Shown one piece after another: positions 37,212-46,027 of a stretch of DNA of 64,000 nucleotides. Positions within the stretch are counted from its first letter, which is position 1, and the number at the start of each line of letters is the position of its first letter. A program made the translations under genes and the position numbers. Source of the stretch: a virus; IMG/VR virus record IMGVR_UViG_3300035670_000028, positions 32,001-96,000 of that record; one strand, given 5' to 3'. The notes under the pieces are model-generated. The model had not been told where the DNA came from. It made no database searches and worked only from the letters and a program-made list of their open reading frames with translations.

Positions 37212-40200
37212 ATGAGCATCATTGATGTTAGGCCTCCCACTCGATTCACTGGTTTACATGCCCACTCAAGTTTCTCAAATTTTGACGGACTTGCATATCC
37301 AAAGTCACACATTGATTTTATCACCTCCGATGCCCAGGGCGGTGACTCCTGGGCGCTGACTGATCACGGCAACGGATCCGGACTCGCCCACGCTCGTTCA
37401 GCCGCTGTCAAGGTGCAGAAGTCAGGAAAGAAGTACCGCCAGCTGTACGGCGTCGAGTTCTACTTCGTTCCCTCCCTCGAGGAGTGGCAGCAGTCCATGG
37501 ACCGCCACCAGCAGTCCATCAAGGACGCAAAGTCCGCCAAGGAGATGCAGGAGATCGCCGAGGAGCCCACAGTCGTCAAGCCTCCCGACGAGGAGGACGA
37601 GCAGGGTGGCCACGTCGTCGAGAACGAGGAGGAGACGAAGGAGTCCAAGCCCGGCAAGCCCGAGTGGAAGAAGTACTACCACCTCGTCGTCGTGGCCAAG
37701 AATCGGGTCGGCCTCGGAAACCTGTTCACCCTCGTCAAGAAGTCGTTCAAGCACGGCTTCTACCGGTTCCCACGCATCGACTTCAAGATGCTCAAGGAGC
37801 ACGGCGAGGGACTCGTGGTGTCGACAGCGTGCGTCGGTGGCCTTGCATCCGGCCTCATCTACAGCGAGTTTCCCGACAGGAAGTTCTCTGAGCTGAGCCC
37901 ATCGCTGTTCACCGGTGAGGCAGCGGAGGCAGCGGTTCGGTCCATTCGAGGCAGGCTCGACAACATGGTGGACCGCTTCGTCGATGCCGTCGGCCGCGAC
38001 AACTTCTTCCTCGAGCTCCAGTTTAACGACCTCCCCGCTCAGCACCTCACGAACAGGTGCCTGATCGACGCGTCCGTCAGGAACGGCATTCCCCTCGTGG
38101 CGACGGCTGACTCCCACTTCCCCTCGCCTGACAAGTGGCAGGCGCGCGAGCTCTACAAGAAGCTCGGGTGGATTGGTGCCAAGCTCGACAAGACCATGCT
38201 CCCCAAGCTGGAGGACATGAAGACGATGCTGTATCCCAAGAACGCCACCCAGATGTGGGACGAGTTCAAGAAGGGCTACGAGCAGCACGACTTCTACCAC
38301 GGTCACGAGGAGCTCGTCCGCGACGCGATCGAGCGGACCCACGACATCGCCTGGGAGAAGTGCGAGGACACGTGGATCGACGTCTCAGGCAAGCTGCCCA
38401 AGTTCGGCACTCCCGAGAAGACGGCATTCTCAATGCTGTCAGACCTCGTGAAGGAGGGCCTCGTTCGCGAGGGTCTCGCTGACAAGCCTGAGTACGTCGC
38501 CCGCGCGAAGGAGGAGCTGTCTGACATCAAGTACCTCGGACACGAGGCATACTTCCTCGCGATGCAGAAGATCTTTCATCGTGCTGAGACACAGACACTG
38601 CTAGGGCCCGGTCGTGGATCGGGTGCAGGTTCACTGGTAAACTTCCTGCTAGGCATTACTCAGATTGACCCTATTCCGTATGGATTGCTGTGGAGCCGAT
38701 TCTTGGGAAGACATCGCTGTCTTCAAAAGGATACACTTGTTCTATCAGAGTCGGGCACAAAACCTATTAGTCGGCTGAATGTGGGTGAAAAAGTCCTCAC
38801 ATCAGGTGGAACATATGAGCGTGTTATTGACAAAGAAGATGATGTAAAGCACGATATTAACGCTCTCATCAAGACGTCCAAAGACAGTTTTTCATGTTCA
38901 CCGAATCATAGATGGCTTGTTAGACGCGATGGCGAAGTGCAAGAAGTGCTAACAACAGACCTCAGAAAAGGTGACAAGCTGCTGTTCATCAAGCAAAAGT
39001 CTCCGTGTGAGTTCGAAGAGGTCGAAATCGATGAAGTGGTCTTTAGTGATAGGCTCGAAGAGTATGTCGATATTGAGGTTGAGAATGACCACACGTTCTT
39101 TGTTTCGACCGCCGGTGACAACTTTGCGCTGACACACAACACTTCTTGGCCTGACATTGACACTGACGCGGGTGATCGCGACGTCCTCATCGACGCAGCC
39201 CGCGACCTATTCGGCGACGATGCCGTCATTCCGGTGTCCAACTTCAACACGCTCAAGCTCAAGTCCCTCATCAAGGACATCGCCAAGTTCTACGACGTTC
39301 CATTCGACGAGGTCAATGCCATGACTGGTCCACTGCAGGACGAGGTGATGGCCTTCGCCAAGGATGAGAACCAGGAGAAGTCCGTCTTCGTCCTCAAGCA
39401 CGAGGACTGCATGAAGTACTCCGAGGGGTACCGCAACTTCATGGAGAAGTATCCTGATGTTGCGGCGCATGTTGAGACCCTCTTCATGGAGAACCGCTCC
39501 ATCGGTCGACACGCCGGCGGCGTCATTATCGCTCCCGCCGAGGACCTCGAGCGGACAATGCCCATCATCAGTGTCCGCGGTGAGCTGCAGACCCCGTGGA
39601 CCGAGGGCATGAACTTCAGAAACCTTGAGGACAACGGCTTCCTAAAGTTCGACTTCCTCGGCCTCACGCTGCTCAAGGACGTCGAGAACTGCATCGCCCG
39701 AATCCTCAAGCGGCAGGGCAACCCGCGGCCCACGTTCGCGGACGTGAAGGCGTTCTTCGACAAGCACCTTAACTGCAGGTACGTCCTGCAGGACGACCCA
39801 AAGGTCTGGGAGCACGTCTATCACAATGCCCGATTTACAGGCGTATTCCAGTTCACTGCCGCGGGAGCCCGAAAGTTCTGCCTCGACGCGAAGCCGAGCT
39901 CAATCGAGGAGCTGGCGGCACTCACTGCGATCTACCGACCTGGTCCCCTCAAGGCGAACGTCCACAGGAAGTATGTCGAGGCGAAGAATAACGCCTCGCT
40001 CATCAAGTACGAGCACCCCGTGATCGAGAAGGTGCTCGGGCCTTCCTACAACTTCGTCGTTTTCCAGGAGCAGTTCATGACCCTGGCAGTCGAGCTAGCT
40101 GGATTCTCCCCCGGTGAGTCCGATCAGCTTCGAAAGACCCTGGTCAAGAAGTCCCTTGACACGATCGGCAAGAAGGGCGACGAGCGGGAGGCGGCCCGAC

Positions 40201-41279
40201 AGAAGTTCATCAAGGGCGCCAAGGAGCTCCACGGCGTCCCGGAGGACATCACTTCCGCCCTGTGGTCGACGATCGAAGCATTCTCGGTCTACGGCTTCAA
40301 CAAGTCACACGCTGTCGCCTACGCGATTGACTCCTACTACGCGGCGTGGCTTCACACCCACTACGAGACTGACTGGCTGGCCACGATCCTGCAGTCCGAG
40401 AACGGCAACCCCGACGGCCTCAAGAAGGCTATCACTGAGATCAAGGCGTACGGCTACCGGTTCCAGGAGGCAGACATTAACTACTCAGGCGATGTATGGA
40501 ACTACTCCGAGGAGCTGGAGGCCTTCGTGCCGCCCCTCTCCTCCATCAAGGGTGTTGGTGACACTGCCATGCAGGAGATCATGCACAATCGTCCGTACAA
40601 GTCGCTGGACGACCTGCTCTACGATCCCGACGGCGAGTGGCGGCACTCCAAGGTGAACAAGACAGCCCTTCGTGCCCTGTGCATGATCGAGGCACTGGGG
40701 TCACTGCAGGAGCTCAAGGACGGCACGATCCGAAACCACAGGCAGCTGCTGGCAATCCTCAGCGACGACAAGAACTACGAGACCCTGCGCAAGGGCAAGT
40801 GGGGCATGACCAAGTCCCAGGTTAAGAAGGCGCTGAAGGACGGCGGCGATCTCGCCACAATCACGACCCGCCTGATCGAGCAGTACCACGGCCTGCCCGA
40901 CTGGACGCGGACTGAGAAGATCATGAACCACGTGGAGATGACCTCGGACGCACCGCAGGACCTCGTGTTCCCGGCGGGCTTCGTCAAGCGTGTGACCGAG
41001 AAGGACGTGCCCTCAGTCTTCACGATCCCTGGTGGAGGCAAGGGTGTGGGCTGGTTCTGCGCCGCAGAGTCCATCCAGAAGACGACCAAGAAGGGCAAGG
41101 CGTTCCTGCGAATCCGCGCGATCGACAGCGACAACAACTCAGGGTGGATCCGCGTGTGGGGCAAGTTCGAGCAGCTTCCTGAGCCTTATACGCTGTGGAT
41201 CGGTGAGGTGGATAATGATGCGAACTGGGGCATGGCAACCACCTCGTGGAAGCTCAAGCAGATCAAGGCTTTCGAGTGA
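37212..41279 (+). CDS. dnaE: DNA polymerase III alpha subunit, intein-containing
   Basis: PHP motifs HAHS/TDHG/DSH, GRGSGAGS, PDIDTD, HAGG, KFDFLGL, YGFNKSHAVAY; start inferred from promoter 37177-37205. Confidence 0.95.
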   Translation: MSIIDVRPPTRFTGLHAHSSFSNFDGLAYPKSHIDFITSDAQGGDSWALTDHGNGSGLAHARSAAVKVQKSGKKYRQLYGVEFYFVPSLEEWQQSMDRHQQSIKDAKSAKEMQEIAEEPTVVKPPDEEDEQGGHVVENEEETKESKPGKPEWKKYYHLVVVAKNRVGLGNLFTLVKKSFKHGFYRFPRIDFKMLKEHGEGLVVSTACVGGLASGLIYSEFPDRKFSELSPSLFTGEAAEAAVRSIRGRLDNMVDRFVDAVGRDNFFLELQFNDLPAQHLTNRCLIDASVRNGIPLVATADSHFPSPDKWQARELYKKLGWIGAKLDKTMLPKLEDMKTMLYPKNATQMWDEFKKGYEQHDFYHGHEELVRDAIERTHDIAWEKCEDTWIDVSGKLPKFGTPEKTAFSMLSDLVKEGLVREGLADKPEYVARAKEELSDIKYLGHEAYFLAMQKIFHRAETQTLLGPGRGSGAGSLVNFLLGITQIDPIPYGLLWSRFLGRHRCLQKDTLVLSESGTKPISRLNVGEKVLTSGGTYERVIDKEDDVKHDINALIKTSKDSFSCSPNHRWLVRRDGEVQEVLTTDLRKGDKLLFIKQKSPCEFEEVEIDEVVFSDRLEEYVDIEVENDHTFFVSTAGDNFALTHNTSWPDIDTDAGDRDVLIDAARDLFGDDAVIPVSNFNTLKLKSLIKDIAKFYDVPFDEVNAMTGPLQDEVMAFAKDENQEKSVFVLKHEDCMKYSEGYRNFMEKYPDVAAHVETLFMENRSIGRHAGGVIIAPAEDLERTMPIISVRGELQTPWTEGMNFRNLEDNGFLKFDFLGLTLLKDVENCIARILKRQGNPRPTFADVKAFFDKHLNCRYVLQDDPKVWEHVYHNARFTGVFQFTAAGARKFCLDAKPSSIEELAALTAIYRPGPLKANVHRKYVEAKNNASLIKYEHPVIEKVLGPSYNFVVFQEQFMTLAVELAGFSPGESDQLRKTLVKKSLDTIGKKGDEREAARQKFIKGAKELHGVPEDITSALWSTIEAFSVYGFNKSHAVAYAIDSYYAAWLHTHYETDWLATILQSENGNPDGLKKAITEIKAYGYRFQEADINYSGDVWNYSEELEAFVPPLSSIKGVGDTAMQEIMHNRPYKSLDDLLYDPDGEWRHSKVNKTALRALCMIEALGSLQELKDGTIRNHRQLLAILSDDKNYETLRKGKWGMTKSQVKKALKDGGDLATITTRLIEQYHGLPDWTRTEKIMNHVEMTSDAPQDLVFPAGFVKRVTEKDVPSVFTIPGGGKGVGWFCAAESIQKTTKKGKAFLRIRAIDSDNNSGWIRVWGKFEQLPEPYTLWIGEVDNDANWGMATTSWKLKQIKAFE
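38718..39140 (+). mobile_element. Mini-intein (141 aa) in DnaE
   Basis: CLQKDTLV start, SPNHRW block B, YVDIEV..HTFF block F, THN end then T; AT-rich; no LAGLIDADG. Confidence 0.9.
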
Positions 41280-41294
41280 TGATAAAGAGTTTCT

Positions 41295-41546
41295 ATGAAG
41301 TGCTATATCACCAAGTATGATGTGTCCGCTAAGCACATGTGCAAGAATCCCTACGACATATGGGTGCCCCGGCTTGTACAACACGAGTTGGCACCTGTAG
41401 GAATGGGATCTGCTGTGTACACCCCTCTCCCTGTGGGCACTATAGCGCTGCTGATCGATACGAAGAACATGCCAGGCAAGTGCATATACCTCTCAGGCGG
41501 TTTCACCGTGGAGCTGCATGATTCAGATTTGGAGCCCCTATCATGA
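41295..41546 (+). CDS. SH3-like microprotein
   Basis: LPVGTIALL..DLEPL. Confidence 0.5.
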   Translation: MKCYITKYDVSAKHMCKNPYDIWVPRLVQHELAPVGMGSAVYTPLPVGTIALLIDTKNMPGKCIYLSGGFTVELHDSDLEPLS

Positions 41547-41872
41547 GAAAGAAGGATCCTGTGGATCTGTGCGCAGGTGATCTCGCCTGGATCTGGTCCG
41601 CAACCGGCCCCCTCGCTGCCCTGGTTGTTGATATCGATCCCAGCAAGGAGGCACAAACATACTACCTCCTCTCCTGCCCGGACCGAGAGCCTGAGTGGCT
41701 CCCTGAATCGATGGTGTTCTCCTCACCGGAGGCCGTAACCCACCCCTGGCAGGCCCGGCAGGTATACCCATCCCTGATCGCCAATGAGATCGTATCCGTG
41801 CAGCCAATGCCCCAGGGCTGCCTCCCATTCTACCTCGATGAGGTCGAGCGCAGGGTTAAGGAAGATGAGTGA
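41543..41872 (+). CDS. KOW/SH3-like microprotein with gp23 (Gol)-like C-terminal peptide
   Basis: LCAGDLAWI; RQVYPSLIANEIVSVQPM. Confidence 0.6.
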   Translation: MRKKDPVDLCAGDLAWIWSATGPLAALVVDIDPSKEAQTYYLLSCPDREPEWLPESMVFSSPEAVTHPWQARQVYPSLIANEIVSVQPMPQGCLPFYLDEVERRVKEDE

Positions 41873-42177
41873 TGCTTAAAGTAGGTAAGCTCTATTCTTG
41901 CTCTAGATACTTTCTCCTGATCTATCCAGATAAGAAAACTGCCGCCTCCGCCGCTCTCCGATCCCGAGCCGCCGCCCCAGCCTCAGTCGTCGCAGGTTCC
42001 GCCTCTTATTGGAGTAAGCAGTTTGATAAGCCTGTAAGCTATTGCGAACCGGAAACTCCTCTTCTTGTTCTTGCAGTAGAGGAAAAATATGTTGAGGTTC
42101 TGGCAGGAGATCAAAAAGGTTGGATTATCAATAAGGACCGGTTGAATATTAAGGAGATTACCGATGATGCCGCTTGA
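41869..42177 (+). CDS. SH3-like microprotein with Ala-rich insert (tandem copy 1)
   Basis: LKVGKLYSCS. Confidence 0.6.
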   Translation: MMLKVGKLYSCSRYFLLIYPDKKTAASAALRSRAAAPASVVAGSASYWSKQFDKPVSYCEPETPLLVLAVEEKYVEVLAGDQKGWIINKDRLNIKEITDDAA

Positions 42178-42466
42178 AGTAGGTAAACTCTATTCTTGCT
42201 CTAAATACTTCCTTATGCTTTATCCAGATAGGGAAACCGCCACCCACGCCGCCGCCGCCCACGCCGCCGCCCACGACGCCGAGCGCCATGCCGCTTATTG
42301 GACAAAGAAACTCCAAAAGCCTGTAAGTTTTTGCAATCCCGAAACTCCTCTCCTTGTTCTTGCAGTAGAGGAAAAATATGTTGAGGTTCTTGCGGGAGAT
42401 AAAGTTGGCTGGGCTATTTGTCAGGATTGGTTAGAACTTAAGGAGATTGTTCATGAAGCGGCTTAA
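42164..42466 (+). CDS. SH3-like microprotein with Ala-rich insert (tandem copy 2)
   Basis: LEVGKLYSCS; near-identical flanks to copy 1. Confidence 0.6.
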   Translation: MMPLEVGKLYSCSKYFLMLYPDRETATHAAAAHAAAHDAERHAAYWTKKLQKPVSFCNPETPLLVLAVEEKYVEVLAGDKVGWAICQDWLELKEIVHEAA

Positions 42467-42635
42467 TCTATTTGGCTTCACCCTGTTCCGCGAGGAGCGG
42501 GGCGTGATCAGCCCAGGCCCGTGTTGGGTTTGCTTCTACGATTGCTACAGCTACATGCACGCGGATGAGAGCCTGCCCGGGCTCATTTGGAGCCTGATCG
42601 CGGAGTTCAGGGATGACCGGCACCTGGTTGGATGA
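42453..42635 (+). CDS. Hypothetical microprotein
   Basis: RBS AAGGAG. Confidence 0.45.
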   Translation: MKRLNLFGFTLFREERGVISPGPCWVCFYDCYSYMHADESLPGLIWSLIAEFRDDRHLVG

Positions 42636-42636
42636 T

Positions 42637-42915
42637 ATGTGGCTGAACGATCCAGATCAGCTGCGCCCGGGCCGGCTCTACGAGTGGCAGAAGAGAACCG
42701 TTCAGTGCTGGGTGCCTTGGTTCGATGAGATCGATAGGGGGAAGAACACCCACACCCAGAATGCAGTTGATGGGCCCCCGAATGGATCCGCACTAGTGTA
42801 CATAGGTAAGGGCCGCGAGGGCAGGCAGATAACTGGCTACTCGTTCCTCGTTCCAAACCGAGGCGTGCTAACTGTGTTCAACAGTGATGTTGTTTATGGG
42901 CTGAGAGAAATTTAA
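42637..42915 (+). CDS. SH3-like microprotein
   Basis: LRPGRLY. Confidence 0.5.
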   Translation: MWLNDPDQLRPGRLYEWQKRTVQCWVPWFDEIDRGKNTHTQNAVDGPPNGSALVYIGKGREGRQITGYSFLVPNRGVLTVFNSDVVYGLREI

Positions 42916-42922
42916 TAAGGAG

Positions 42923-43375
42923 ATGAAAATGACACCTGAACAGTTCGTGTATTGGCTCCAGGGTTTCCTGGAGGTGAGCGGGGCGAGTGAGATGAATGAG
43001 CAGCAGTTGAGGATCGTGCGCGATCACCTCGAGCTCGTGCTGAGCAAGAGAACTCCGGCATATGTGCAGCACGCCCAACCTGCCCCTATTGCCAAGTGGG
43101 AAACGGTTTCCGGCTTTCAGGGCACATATCCCACCGGCCCCAAGTGCGGAACGTGCGGTGTGGTGTGCTCGGATGAGGGTGGCACCTGCAGGAAGTGCCG
43201 CTCGGCTTCGAAGAGCCGCCTGGTGCACTGTGATGCCTGCGGGGAGCAGCGCCTCGAGGGGGAGCTCACAGGTATCAGCACTGAGAACCTGGCCGGTGTG
43301 GTGATCTGCAGCGTGTGTAAGAGTAAGTCGAAGAAGCTGCCCATCCTCGATGTTCCTCTGCACCTGACCTGCTGA
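42923..43375 (+). CDS. MTPEQFxYWLQG-type phage protein with Zn ribbons
   Basis: MTPEQFVYWLQGFLE; four CxxC. Confidence 0.6.
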   Translation: MKMTPEQFVYWLQGFLEVSGASEMNEQQLRIVRDHLELVLSKRTPAYVQHAQPAPIAKWETVSGFQGTYPTGPKCGTCGVVCSDEGGTCRKCRSASKSRLVHCDACGEQRLEGELTGISTENLAGVVICSVCKSKSKKLPILDVPLHLTC

Positions 43376-43382
43376 GGCGCAT

Positions 43383-43679
43383 GTGAACCCCGTAATCTCT
43401 GTCTCTGGGAATCAGCTCGGTACGAGGACGAGCAAGACGAGTGAACAGGATCTCTCGCCAGGCACCCTCGTTCAGACCCATGTGTCTGACAAGTGGATGT
43501 CGAAGCAGTACTGGGATGCCACAGAGAGCGAGTGGGTGGAACTTAATGTGGGCACTGTTGCCATGATCATTGACGTGAACGAGATGAACATCAAGTTTCT
43601 CGCCAAAGATCGAGTGTTCAGCATTCACAATTGCTATGCCTCCGAGACAGGAGTGCCCTTGTGGTGCAAGGCGCTGTAA
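43383..43679 (+). CDS. SH3-like microprotein
   Basis: LSPGTLV..VGTVAMII. Confidence 0.5.
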   Translation: MNPVISVSGNQLGTRTSKTSEQDLSPGTLVQTHVSDKWMSKQYWDATESEWVELNVGTVAMIIDVNEMNIKFLAKDRVFSIHNCYASETGVPLWCKAL

Positions 43680-43727
43680 ATTCTATGACCATTGAGCTAT
43701 TATTACGACAGAACGCATCGGAGACAT

Positions 43728-44663
43728 ATGCTTCAAATCAGGAACGTAACGCTAGAGGGTCCGGACTGCAGTGGTAAGTCGACCCTCTATAACAACATTC
43801 ACAAGGCGAGCAAGTTCAGGTGGAACATCCAGGACCGATCGCAGCTCAGCATGCTGTGCTACGCCCGACAGTTCGGTCGCGGTGACAGTGAGGTGGAGCG
43901 GTGGCGGCGCGAGCTCAGGTCCTTCCTCCTCGACCTGAACAACCGCCTCATTGTGCTGCTTCCGGACTTCCAGGTGATCGCGCAGCGGCTTTCCGAGCGT
44001 GGGGATGATGTTCAGGACATTCAGAGCCTGAAGACGCTGCACAGCATCTTCGAGGAGGAGGTGACCCGCCTAGGAAATCCTCCCAACCTCCTCGTGTTTC
44101 GAGAGGCGCTTCCGGTGGAGCAGCTCAGAGACGCGTGCGTCAAGTGGCTTAGCATGGCCGAGCTCCTCCAGCCGCTCGGTGCAGCACGCGAGGTGCTCGC
44201 CCTCGCGGAGTCCATGCCCAACCGCGAGGCAGTGGGGTGCAGGTTTCGCCTGACACTCGACCCAACGTCGCTGTCTGTGCCCGATGCCTCCATTCTCAGA
44301 CACCCACCCGAGGAGGTCTACTACGCGAAGATCCTATCAGGTGTCCTGCAGAATATTGATGATGAGCTCAAGGGCAAGAATGAGTACGGAGTGAAGCAGA
44401 ACCAGTATTACACTCGTCGCTTCATCTTCACGCAGGACTCTTGCATCTCTCTCGTTCACACAATTCTCAGGGGCGACAACCTAAACATGCGAGTGTATTG
44501 TCGCTCCTCCAACGCGAAGGACGTGTTCAGCTACGATGTGCAGTTCATCTGCTACCTGTTTAGCAGGATCTACGCTCGACTCGCCTCGCACAGCGGCTGG
44601 TCCTATCCTCCTCGCGGAAACTTCACCGTCGACGTGGAGCTCGGCTCCGCCCACGTGCTCTGA
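43728..44663 (+). CDS. dNMP kinase fused to thymidylate-synthase-fold domain
   Basis: LEGPDCSGKST, QDRS, RGDD; C-terminal DSCISLVH..VYCRSSN..FSYD..GSAH. Confidence 0.75.
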   Translation: MLQIRNVTLEGPDCSGKSTLYNNIHKASKFRWNIQDRSQLSMLCYARQFGRGDSEVERWRRELRSFLLDLNNRLIVLLPDFQVIAQRLSERGDDVQDIQSLKTLHSIFEEEVTRLGNPPNLLVFREALPVEQLRDACVKWLSMAELLQPLGAAREVLALAESMPNREAVGCRFRLTLDPTSLSVPDASILRHPPEEVYYAKILSGVLQNIDDELKGKNEYGVKQNQYYTRRFIFTQDSCISLVHTILRGDNLNMRVYCRSSNAKDVFSYDVQFICYLFSRIYARLASHSGWSYPPRGNFTVDVELGSAHVL

Positions 44664-44668
44664 GGACT

Positions 44669-45460
44669 ATGACTATCAACCTAGAGAATCGCGACTGCCT
44701 CGAGTATCTGGCCTCGCTGCCTGATGAGTCCATTGACATCGCACTACTTGATCCGCCCTACTTCATTGGCCACGACTCATGGGACAAGCAGTGGCCCACT
44801 GAGGAGAAGTACATGAAGTGGTGCGAGGCGTGGACTCGAGAGTCCGTTCGAGTCCTGCGCAGGAATCGCCCCATCTGCGTCTGGGGCACGATGAAGACTG
44901 ACACCTTCCTGCGGTACAAGCTCAACGTGCTCAACAAGGTCCCAGGCATCTACCCGCAGAATGAGATCGTGTGGTCCTACAACTGGGGCGGCAGGTCCAA
45001 GGGCAACTTCGCCCGAAAGCACGAGTACATGTGGGTGTACAGCAAGGGAGAGCTTCACTTCAACGCCGACGATGTCCGCATCGAGAGGAAGCAGAAGGTG
45101 AACATCAGGACGGGTCAGCCGTTTGCCCAGGGCACAATTCCCACCTGCGTGTGGGAGAAGAACAACCACACGACCTCTAAGGAGTACTGCGCGTGGCACA
45201 CGGCGCAGAAGCCCATCTCCCTGCTCGAGCGCATCATCAGGGCGTACACCAATCCGGGTGAGACAGTGATGGACTGCTTCAGTGGCGCGGGCTCCACAAT
45301 GATCGCCGCCCACAATGTGGGCCGCAACTTCACAGGCACCGAGCTGTACAGGGACTACTACGAGCAGTCGAAGGATCGATTTAAGACTCTCACAGGCTCA
45401 TCCGTGCTTGACTCAAAGGACTCAGCGCCCGGGGCGCAATATTTAACGGAGGAGACATGA
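44669..45460 (+). CDS. N6-A/N4-C DNA methyltransferase (beta class)
   Basis: DPPY, HTAQKP, DCFSGAGST. Confidence 0.9.
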   Translation: MTINLENRDCLEYLASLPDESIDIALLDPPYFIGHDSWDKQWPTEEKYMKWCEAWTRESVRVLRRNRPICVWGTMKTDTFLRYKLNVLNKVPGIYPQNEIVWSYNWGGRSKGNFARKHEYMWVYSKGELHFNADDVRIERKQKVNIRTGQPFAQGTIPTCVWEKNNHTTSKEYCAWHTAQKPISLLERIIRAYTNPGETVMDCFSGAGSTMIAAHNVGRNFTGTELYRDYYEQSKDRFKTLTGSSVLDSKDSAPGAQYLTEET

Positions 45461-46026
45461 GCAAGATGACGCAGCGGGATCCGGAGTTCATAATGTTCGT
45501 CGGGCCCATGTTCGGCTCGAAGACTTCAAGACTTCTTGCCACAGTCGAGCGCTATCGCTACCAGAGCAGGGGCATCCTCGTGTTCAAGCCGAGGATGGAC
45601 AATCGGTATGAGAGCGAGAAGATCGTCACCCACACGGGACTCAGCGTCAGTGCCCAGTGTGTGGGATACGGTCGTGAGATCATCGAGCAGGTCCTCGCGG
45701 CTCCCGACTGTGAGGTAGTTGCCGTGGACGAGGCGTTCATGATCGAGGGATCGGCCGAGGCTTGCCTGTCTCTGTTCAGGCGTGGCAAGACGATCGTGGT
45801 GTCGTCCATTCAGCTCTCAGCCTCAGGACTTCCATTCGACGAGGTGAAGGACATGATGCCCTACGCCACGCGGATCGAGGTGTGCTCGGCGGTCTGCCCA
45901 ATCACGGGCAGGGACGCCTACTACACAGAGAGAAAGAGGAGCGACCTTGGCGAGATTGCAGTGGGCGGCAAGGAGATGTACTCACCCGTCTGCTGGGAGC
46001 ACGCCAAGTTTATGCGAGGAGTGTGA
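45457..46026 (+). CDS. tdk: Thymidine kinase
   Basis: GPMFGSKT, KPRMDNRY, VDEA, VGGKEMY..VC. Confidence 0.9.
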   Translation: MSKMTQRDPEFIMFVGPMFGSKTSRLLATVERYRYQSRGILVFKPRMDNRYESEKIVTHTGLSVSAQCVGYGREIIEQVLAAPDCEVVAVDEAFMIEGSAEACLSLFRRGKTIVVSSIQLSASGLPFDEVKDMMPYATRIEVCSAVCPITGRDAYYTERKRSDLGEIAVGGKEMYSPVCWEHAKFMRGV

Positions 46027-46027
46027 T

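Noticed and set aside
29568-43679. Diversity-generating retroelement or integron behind the arrays
   Set aside because: No reverse transcriptase, integrase, attC-like palindromes or adenine-only TR/VR pair in the window
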